Shown here piece by piece: positions 48,279-57,583 of a stretch of 57,583 nucleotides of DNA. The stretch lies in assembly GCA_026025795.1 (NCBI GenBank), contig JAPEUG010000069.1, positions 1-57,583 of the forward strand, read 5' to 3'. The stretch is from Thelocarpon superellum. Lineage: Eukaryota. Position 1 is the stretch's first letter. Every line of letters begins with the position of its first letter. Under the pieces are notes generated by a model that worked only from the letters and a program-made list of their open reading frames with translations, was not told the origin of the DNA and searched no databases. Made by a program: the position numbers and the translations under genes.

Positions 48279-49706
48279 ATTGGACCTGGCCGGATCACGT
48301 TCGAATGGAAATGGGAATTAGACCGTGGTGGGATATGGGCATCGGCGACCGGGACATGGGTGGGATAGATGGTGTTGGCGTGGAAGGACGAGGCTCTCTC
48401 AGGTTCGCTTCTAGACGTACACTATCAATCCAGTCGATAGCTTTGTGCCCGTATCGATCACGATCGGTACTCTACCGATGTATGGAGGCTCTGGGGCTAT
48501 TGGGCGTCGGCACTTGCTACTTTGTACCCGAAGACCGTGGTCCGATCGACCCGGAGTGGCACTATTGTGCCAAAATGATGCTCAACGCTGGACCTGGCCG
48601 CCGGCCACCGTCTCCTCGGCACGAGCAAGCTGTCCCGTTAGCTCCCGGTGTGTGGCGCAGGACGCTCTTATGCGACCACTCGACCTGTAGCAGAAGTAGA
48701 CGATGCGAACCACGTCGACATGCCACCGGAGTTCCTTGCTACCACTGCATGCTCTTGATCGCCACCTGATAGGCACGACAAGCAACTATACCGCCTGCTC
48801 GACGAGCACGTTCACTGCTCATGAGCACTTTCAACAAACACATCTCGGGGTGGCCTGTCTGCTCGCGATTGGCTCAAAGGTGTGGCTACCTGCTGCTGTC
48901 CTTGTCTCGTTGCTCTCTCTCCTGGGGCCTTGCCCTTACCAGCAGCGCTGACTCTACCATGCATGCAAGCTAACAGAGTGCGCATCACATGATAGTATAC
49001 TGCAGTGACACACACCGCAGGGACATTTGCGGACTTGGTGGGGTGGCACACCCTGGCTCAGATACCAGCCGTCCTCGTGAGCACCAGTCTCCTACACGGT
49101 CACTTGCCGTCACGTCAAGTCTTCCGGAAGACTCTCGTAGACATACATTGTCTCTCTCAGAGATAATTAGGGAGAGCCTCCAATACATATCCTCGCCTCG
49201 TGAATCTTCTAGGAAAGTGCCAACCGCTCTCACTATAACCCCTCAACATTACGGGGCCAATCCAAGGCCTCGGAACACCGAAGGATTGAAATTGGTTGGG
49301 AGCACCCCAGGTACTACCTGGAGCATGAAACATACAACAAGACCCTCGTATGATCCAATGCAAATTGTTACTTCAATATGCTACTATTCTGCTCTATCAT
49401 TGAAGGGTTCTCCGGTCATCGCGCTCGGGCTTACTATTCTTGTGGTGATGATCGTCATGTCATTCGAGACGGACTCCCGTCATAGTCTAGCTAATGCTAA
49501 GAGAATGAGAAGCATGTACAGGATGCACGCTATGCAATCAGGAGCTTCCCGGACAGCCAAAGGACAAGATTGAAACAAGTGTCACCATTTACCATGCTAA
49601 ACGGCCACTGCCGATGGCCTCATCGCATGGGAGGACCCCGGGCTCGAGCGACGCGCTTGAGCACGCGATGAGGCCAGCGACGGGAGCACCCCGGGATCGA
49701 GCGACT

Positions 49707-51415
49707 CTAGAAAGGGCTCCGGGCAATCTCCTCCTTGAGCCTGTGCAGGCGCTGGTGCATCTTCTGCACCTTGGCGACCTGCTCCGGTAGAGGACGGGAC
49801 TGCCGCATGAGCGCTCGATAGAGCCGCTCGTACTCGGGGTACTCCCGCTTGAACTTCTTCGCCTTCTCCAGGAGCGAAGATGAAGCAGCCGACGACGACC
49901 GTTTGCCCCGGGGCTCGCTGTCTTCGGCCTTGCGCTTGAGGCTCCCGGCCCCCGCCCGGACCTGAGACATCAGCGGCGTCGACGAAGACGACGACGAAGA
50001 CGACGAGCCCCGCACGTCTTCCATCTCGATCTCTGACGCGTTGGTCGGGGGCGAGGAGCCCAGCGGAGATGGAATGGGCGGTGACGTCTTCGCCGACTTC
50101 ACCGAGGTCGTACGTGGGGGGAGGGGGTGCGTCGAGCTAGGTGTGGGCTTCGGGGCGTCTTTGGTGATGCCGAGATCCACCGTGGCCGGGCCGGTCGCCG
50201 GAGCCAACCCACTGTCGGTGCGCTGGATCTTGATGGTGGGGGTGACCCCTCGGACCTGAGGTCCGTTTCGCAGCTGTAGCTTGGACAAGACGATGCCCTT
50301 GCCGCGAGAGCTTTGAGGGAGGAGCCCTTGCCACAGGGGGTCCTCCTTCGATAGCCGCAGTCGATCAAAGGCCGCCGCGGCATTGTCGACCGCAGTTTGC
50401 CGATCCTCCTGCGCGCGATAGGGGAAGTTCCACACGTCCAGGTCGCGGTAGCTCCGTTTATCTAGCATCCACGTGCCATCCTTGGCTCGCTCGCTGCACT
50501 TCCGAAGGAGCTCGAGGCACTCCTCCTTGGGACAGCAAAGCCTGTCCAGGACTTCCGCTTCCGTGGCGGGACGTAGGGCGAGCAGGTGGATGAGGGCCTT
50601 GCGGATGGCGTGGAGCCGAGCGGCCACTGGATTAGAAGGGGCCGTTGTCGATGATGGATGGTTCGACGACGGCTTGGGATATGGTGAGTGTGAGGGTCTC
50701 GTAGTAGGACTGTTGGTTATGGACTGGCCAGCACCAGAAGAGGCCCGGGAACGGCCGACCTGAAGATGAGAGGCCGCATGATTGTTCAGCCGTCCGCGTG
50801 CCGGTGTAGTCCCTGAGGGGGTGGGAGATGGTTGAGAGGCAGAGTCAGGAGGAAGTGGAGGCAATCTAGAGGCGTCCGGTAAGAATTTCGTTCTAGACGC
50901 GAAGGCCGTCAGCTGTGATACGAGAATAGGCATGAGGCCCGGAGGGCACGTACGTCCGAGCCTGTCGCTCCTGATTCAGGGCGGCCATGTTGCTTTGAAG
51001 GGCCAACAAGGCCGAGTCCGCTCCGGCCGTTCCGCCTGTGGGCCTTTGGACAACCAGTGTCGTGCTCAGACGCCCGGTGAAGAATCTCTCCGCGTCCTGT
51101 CCTGAAGGAGGAGTACGGTACAAGTCGTAGGGGAGATGCTCCGTGGCCGAGGTAATGGGGTACGAGTGACTTCCGACTTTGAGGCTCTATGAAGCTCGGT
51201 CAGCAGCGGTGACAGTAGCATGGACGGCCCGACCGGCATACCAACGCGTGCCCACAGCTGATCTGTAGTGGTTTCTTTTCTTTCTGAACAAGCTGCGCTA
51301 TTCCGTCGAGGACAGAGGCAGGAAGATACAGCTTCATAGCGCGGACGTTCTTGTTCTTGTTGGCGTTGGACCTGGATGGGCTCCAGCCAGCCGAGGGCGT
51401 CTCCATGCTAGGCAT
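49707..51415 (-). CDS. RNA polymerase II elongation factor ELL-like protein; introns 51187-51241 and 50893-50953
   Basis: Central winged-helix-like block IRKALIHLLALRP...WMLDKRSYRDLDVWNFPY. C-terminal occludin/ELL-like helices AKKFKREYPEYERLYRAL...KMHQRLHRLKEEI. Exons splice in frame. Confidence 0.75.
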
Positions 51416-53934
51416 GACAGCCAACCGCGGCGAGGGAGGTGGTGCCGGGGGACCGGTGAAGATTGAGATAGGATGTGGAAGGAGCAAGTTCTCGGAGAGG
51501 GTAGAGGTTCTAGCTGAGTCGTCCAAGGTCACGCCGGGTGGGCCTGGGAAGGTATGAGCGTGTGCTATGTCGAGGGGATCATGGCGAGCGTGAAGGTATG
51601 GGCGGAAGAGAGGTCGAGACAGAACTCGAGGTCGTGGATGGCTGCATTGAGTGGGCAACACTACGGACGAAGGACATGGACGGATAGACAATCAACAGAA
51701 AAAGGCTCGGCAAGTTGGGTGGGCGGAGAGAAGGAGGAGCAACGGAATGGATAGGAATGCAGAAGGTGGGGAGCGCAGTGCTTCGGTGCTCGGTGCTGAG
51801 GAATGTGATAGTGGAAGCGAAGCGTGGTGATTCGCACTAACTGGCAGGAACAACGGAGGGCGGCATGGTTAATACGGATTCCGGTACGAGTTTCAAGTCC
51901 TCTGCAGGGCAGCACAGCCTGGCAGTCTCTACCCAAGCCGACCGAACGAACGATTAACAAGGCTCGTCAATGGCGAGGCGGCGGAGATTGTGAGAACGTA
52001 TGGTGTCGGGTGCACTGGGCTTCGAGAGGGAAGGCGGCGGTCCGCTGTCAGCCATAGGCAGACCGAGAGGCGTGGGGCTGTCTGGCGCCAACCGCAGCGG
52101 ACATCGCCGCCCAATTCGCGATGCCTTGGTACTCTGTACGGTACATCCCCATGCCACACGGGCAACCACTGTTACTCGGCCACGAACCATCCTTTGTTCA
52201 AGGCGTAGTATGACACTACGATTGTTGCTTTTGTGTTGCCGCTCTACTGCTTGCCAGTCGGCTCCAAGCCAGGCCCTGTGATGAAGGGATCTGCTACCCG
52301 TTTCGATCTTCCTTGAGAGGTCTCTGGTGACATGCGGGGCGACGGTACCGGCGATACAGGTATGTTAGTAAGTGCGTGGTTGCTTTGACTCTGGCCCTGT
52401 GCCCGCATCCCAGCGTGGAAGGACGACGCGGCCAGACCCAGACATTCTAGCCGTCGTGTTCGAGCAGAGCGAGTAACCGCGCCCACACGCGGTACCTCTC
52501 TGCGACGAGATTCGGCCGTCTCACCGGCGCATGATGACGCCCCGCCACGCCCCCCCGTTATGTCCGGGCTCCGAATCATGGGCTCTATAATTGTCTCGGA
52601 GGCATGGACTAGAGGGGTCCAACGTGCCTCCTGCTGCACCGTTGGCTCGCAAAAGGCCAAGCAATACTTGGCCCGCAGTGCAGCGGAGTGTCGCCAACGT
52701 CATCGAGCTGGCCGCCTCGGTCTGACTTGCAGTATCAGCCTGGCCAGTGGTTGGTCAACGGATGGCCGGCGCGCCTTCTTGGGACCTTGGCGATCCCTCG
52801 CCGAGAAGGCCTGCGGATCCATAGTAGTCCGTCCCACCTTGAACGGATGGCGGGCGTGGGCTAGGATAAATGGAGGAACGCTGCCAGCCTTGGTCGAGCT
52901 AGGCTTGACTGGGAATGCGCCAGCCTCCATAGCGTTGTCCCAACCTGCGCGACTCGTCGAGAGCGGACAACCAGGAAAGCGGCAACCAGCACTTACTTGG
53001 TGGCCGGGGCGCGCCCGGCCAAAGCCACCGTCCGTACGAGTGCGTCCCCAGAGCCCGGCATGGCACCACGCGCTCCTGTGCATCCATGAAGATGATTATC
53101 GGGCGATGAAGGGGGAGCTCTGTCCTCCACCCATGTCGCTTCATTTCGCCGTGAGGTGTGATCCGTCTGCCTCGGAAGGATGTTGCCGTTGTGCTGTCGG
53201 TCCTTGGGGCGAAGCGTACGGCGGATGCTTTGTGGACGGCGTTCCAAGGACGTTTCACCAGGGCCGCTCATGGGTTTGATCGGGCCATGTAGTCTGGGTC
53301 GGCAAGGGTCGCTTGTCACCCGGGAGGCTCGCCAATGGTGTGGGACCAAAATGGAACGAGAAGTGGGCGGTCGGCAAAGCGGCCCTTCATTTCACGCGCC
53401 CTCAGAGATCCCCAGCTCGCCTGGCCGCGCCCCGGTGAAAGGGGAATCACAGAAGAATCCACCGCGCCGTGGTGAATAACGTGGGCACGTCGGCCACCAC
53501 CTCCCAGCGGTGACCATGGTAGATGTGCGTAGTGACGAGATGAATAGCATCAGTAACGACCGTCCTGGCCGGAGACGGCAGGTAGCCTTGTACGAAGCAC
53601 TTCCTTGTCCAAGCAGAGAGCCAATGGGTGTCCACAAGCCGTAGCGTTATGGCCACGGCCTAGTGCCACACCGTGCCCTTTCGTGCCATTTCTCCTCCTG
53701 AGACAGCGTCAATCGTGACCTTTCGTTCAAGCGTCGAATCTCCCGGTCCCATCGGTGGACTGTACTCCTTCCACCACTAGCCGTGAAACGTGCCTCAATT
53801 CATTCCGGTTCTGGTCTTCCGGTCGGCTCATTCGAGCATTGACGACAAGGCCGGCGACCGACGACCGACGACGTTTGTCCAGGCCCAGTGAGCTTACGGC
53901 ACGCGAACGCTCGGACGGGGCCATTGTCATCGCC

Positions 53935-55082
53935 ATGGCGACTCCATCACCAATGCCGGATTGGAATCGCAGTCACCTGCCTACGCTGTTCGAGGTGCTC
54001 AGCCGGCGGACCCTTCCGCCCGTCGACCTCTTCTCCTTCTATATCTACATGCGCGACCAGCAACGATCGGTCGACTATCTAGACTTCTGGCTCGATGTCG
54101 CGCAACACATATCGCTGTGCCGGCATTATGTCCGCGAGCTGCACCGCTCCGTCCTCCTCGAGACGCCCGACAACGAAAAGGTCGGCGGCAGCAAGCGCTC
54201 CTCCGACATCCTCGATGCCCTCGGCGATATGAACGACCCGGCTGGCCCGTCAATGCACCTCACGTTTGAAGAGAAGAACCACGACCAGCGATTGAGCGCC
54301 TTTCTCCGACATGAAGCCAACGGCGGGTCCCCAGCAGGGAGCTATGGCTCGCATCCCCAGGCCCGCGGCTCGCACGAGCGGCCACCGCGACCGAGCTATG
54401 GCCAGGAACATACGACGGACTCGACCACGCCCGCGCACACGGTGGAGCGTGCTGACATTCGCGCCTCGGCCGAGAAGATCCTCTACACTTTCCTCCTCCC
54501 CGGCAGCGAGCGGGAGATCGTACTACCCGACTCCATCACGGCCCGCATCACCCGCGCCATCGAGGACGAAGGACGGGATGATCCCGAGGTGTTTGACTCG
54601 GCCAAAGACTACGTCTTTCAGGCCATGGAACGCGATGCCTTTCCGGGCTTCCTCCGCACCAAGGCGCTCGGCAACCTGGTGCCCCCATCAATGATGCTCC
54701 GACTCATCCTCGGCCTCCTCAGCATGTTTGGTGGATTCTGGGCTGCCTTTGTCTTGATCTTCCTGAATTACGACCGCGACACGCGAGCCTGGGTAAGTCG
54801 TCTCCGTAACCCACATGATCGGAGACCCGTACTCATCCGACGTAGCTCATCCTTCCCTTCTCCATCGGCGTCTACGCCCTTGCGTCACATCAATATGCGC
54901 TGGATCCGATCATGGCCTTGGTCGGCTTCAGCGAGTACACCTTCATGTCCTTCTCGCGCATCCGGGAGCCATACGTCCGAAAACTGCTCAACAAGCGGGC
55001 CATGACGGTCCTGAGCATCACGATCCTCATCGTCACCGCCCTCGTCGTACTCTTCGTCTTCGTGCCGGGAAAGCGATTGTGA
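53935..55082 (+). CDS. RAX1: RGS-domain membrane protein Rax1 (RgsB-type); intron 54793-54845
   Basis: Motifs LPTLFEVLSRRTLPPVDLFSFYIYMRDQQRSVDYLDFWLDV and GRDDPEVFDSAKDYVFQAMERDAFPGFL; C-terminal TM segments ending FVFVPGKRL. Confidence 0.92.
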
Positions 55083-56032
55083 GAGCAGCGGCGTGACCAA
55101 CATTGGGTTTCTTCCTCTCGCTCCCGTCTATCTTGGGCAAGACGCATGAGGGAAATGCACAAGGCGGAAGTTGTCTGGATAGCTTGACTGGCTGTGCCTG
55201 CCTTCCAGTTTTGTACCCTCTGAGGAGGTGACAGGCCCGTGGGTCGAGGGAGAAATGGAAAGGAAGTTGGTGGTGGCGGCGGGACCAGGGGGACGGAGGT
55301 AGATGCGGTCCCCCGTCCTTTCATATTTCCCGTCTACTGGTTCTATGTCACGTTGCTGTTTCCTATTCGATACCATGGCGCCAAGGTGTGGATTCCTCTT
55401 GCGTCGCCTCGTCGACGCCGCTCGGTCGTGTGAACGGATGTACACGAGCGCCCAGGACGCACACACGAACGAACGGGCTAACAGATGGACGGACGGAAGT
55501 AAAGAGACGGGAAAAAGCACTCAAGGAAAGCAAAGGAACAGAGAAGTATGGGGGCGGATGAACGGATGGAGACGAGGCCAACGCAGGGCGTGGCCTTTTG
55601 GTGTTGCGTTTCCTTTGACCTTTCTTCTTTTTTTCTCTTTCCATTTCCTCTTCCCTGTCTCCTGTTCCTGGCCTTCTTCCTGTTCGGTTCCCACTCGTGT
55701 CTCCTTTGTCTCCTAGCGTCCGTCGACAATTTTGATCCTCGAGTCCTAATCGTCAATGCGCCTCTGATTATGTCTTCGACAGTTCCGTTGCCTGCAAGAG
55801 CACGTTACCCCCGTCTCTATTAGTAAGTAGTATTAGTAGAAAGTCTATCCTCGATGGTGTCATGTTGAGAGCCACAGTAGGGACCAGGAGGTTTACGACG
55901 CACTGGGCGGTCTCGAGGCATATCCATGTCGGACCAGGTCCGGAGACCAGGTGCACTTGACGCACCTTTCGAGGGAAGGACAGCTCGGGCGTGTTTGGTG
56001 TGAATTCATGGATACGTGCAAGTCTATCCGCT

Positions 56033-57003
56033 TCATCGTCTCCCTCCACTGCCGCCGCCACCGCCACCGACACCAAGAATGCGTGTCCGCGCATTCTTCC
56101 GCTGTGATCCACTCGCCGAACCACCAGGCCCGTTCCGACCACCGGTCGCATCGCCGCCTCCATCTACATCCATATATTCGCCGCCGAGGCTAACCTGCTC
56201 ACCGAGTCCGCCACCTTCTCGGTCCGCCGCGGCCCGCTTCCCGACGCCCTTGTCCGTGGCGCCGCCCCCGGTGCTCTGCACTGCTCGGTCGACGGCGGCG
56301 GCCAGCTCGACTTTGCGCCGTCGGCGGTCCGCAGCTCGCACGCGGATCTGCTTGATCTGCGACTCGAGGTCGGCGAGGATCGAGGTACATCGGCCGTCCC
56401 ACTCATCGAGCGCCGCTACCATGGTCGGCACGCTGCCGGGTCGAAGGTCCCGTAATGGCGAGGACGCGGAGACATGGATAACTTGCGTTGAAGGTGACAG
56501 TTTGGCCGTCAGGAGACCGGCGTATGTGGCGGATATGACGAGGTCTTCGAGTGCGCGTGGCGTGGGGAGGGACAGCGCCGTTTGGAGGTAGGTGTAGGTC
56601 AAGGGCTCGGACGTCGAACAGAGGGGTAGAAGAGAGAGGAGACGGAGTTTCTGTATTTGCGCTTCATTGAGCGACGGAAGACCCGGCGTGGCTGTGGGGA
56701 AGAGTCATCTCGTCATTAGCCGGCCATACCCCGCAATCGTGGAAGAGAATCCTTACCGGCATAGTCTTGACATGTACCCCACGCAAATATTTCCAGCAGT
56801 GTCAGCGATGAGGTAAATTCACCGCCGGCATGGCGAAGCGACTGGATATTTGGCGTCTCGAGCAGTTCAGCGAAGACATAAGTGTGGGGTGCTGATGTGG
56901 CACGAGTGATGAGTTCGCTCGCTGCACGAGCGGAGCTGGCAGACTTGGAGAGCGCGACAAACGGCTGCAGCGCGTCGATGGCGCGGGCTTGTAGCGGGTC
57001 CAT
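56033..57003 (-). CDS. CSN7: COP9 signalosome subunit 7 (PCI domain); intron 56692-56756
   Basis: Motifs ALQPFVALSKSA...ITRATSAPHTYVFAELL, LLEIFAWGT, QKLRLLSLL, RALEDLVISATYAGLLTAKL and PLRDLRP. Confidence 0.9.
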
Positions 57004-57204
57004 GACGATGTACGAGGAGGATCACGGACTGTATTCTGACGATGGGGGGACGTGTCAATGGTGCGTGGCCCAACCATGACAAGCTTGAGCTTGAAGGCCA
57101 CCCAGCGCACCCCGCCGCTAGGGCTGACGAAGTAAACGCCGAGCGACTTGTGACTTCCCACCTTAACCTGTCATACCTATGCCACCCCTGACGGGTAGAT
57201 GGTA

Positions 57205-57348
57205 CATTATCCATTATTCACGCATGTCCATTATCCATTATTCACGCATGTCCATTATCCATTATTCACGCATGTCCATTATCCATTATTCACGCATGTC
57301 CATTATCCATTATTCACGCATGTCCATTATCCATTATTCACGCATGTC
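57205..57348. repeat. Perfect minisatellite, 6 x 24 bp (CATTATCCATTATTCACGCATGTC)
   Basis: Six identical head-to-tail copies read directly, with no spacers. Confidence 0.97.
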
Positions 57349-57583
57349 AATGACAAGCACAAGAGCTATCTGTGAATTCCTCCCAGCTCTGGCGCATGAA
57401 ATTCGAAGAACGGCTACCCGGAGGTTCACGTGACCCTCTGGTGGTACTTCGTACCGTGAACGGATGGGCATTTGGCCAGGCCGTACACTGACGCCAGAAA
57501 TTTGTCGAATGGAGCCGACCTTTGGCCATTTCAAAATCATAGCGCATCTTCGATTGCCAATACTGTTGAGCACGATTTTCAGA

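Noticed and set aside
48989..49573. 194-aa + strand ORF (also 52560-53279, 239 aa)
   Set aside because: No motifs, signal peptide or typical coding bias were seen.
57179..57433. ORF with (IIHYSRMS)6 repeats
   Set aside because: This is a translation of the 24-bp minisatellite. There is no synonymous variation between copies or other coding evidence.

Overview
GC-rich genomic DNA from a filamentous ascomycete (Pezizomycotina-type introns: GTRNGT donors, CTRAC/CTRAY branch points, YAG acceptors). All models below were built by reading the sequence; no database searches were run. There are 18 protein-coding models: MFS transporter, Nit3-type omega-amidase, a 1307-aa Ser/Pro-rich membrane-anchored protein, ATG2, ADGF-type adenosine deaminase, a concentrative nucleoside transporter, abaA, MRD1, a GT71 mannosyltransferase, dynein light chain LC8, a zinc-ribbon protein, an RMD8-like protein, DUF2237, a Cys-rich secreted protein, a small secreted X-Pro prepropeptide, an ELL-like factor, Rax1 and CSN7. 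Several elements are invisible or fragmented in the ORF track: the nuclear RNase P RNA (43507-43956), a box C/D snoRNA inside an MRD1 intron, two micro-exon genes (one needing a non-canonical GC donor) and the 74-aa spliced prepropeptide. The best candidate for something undescribed is that prepropeptide. Its signal peptide is followed by ten consecutive X-Pro dipeptides, it has a phased ATTGA array upstream, and it lies next to the Cys-rich secreted gene.
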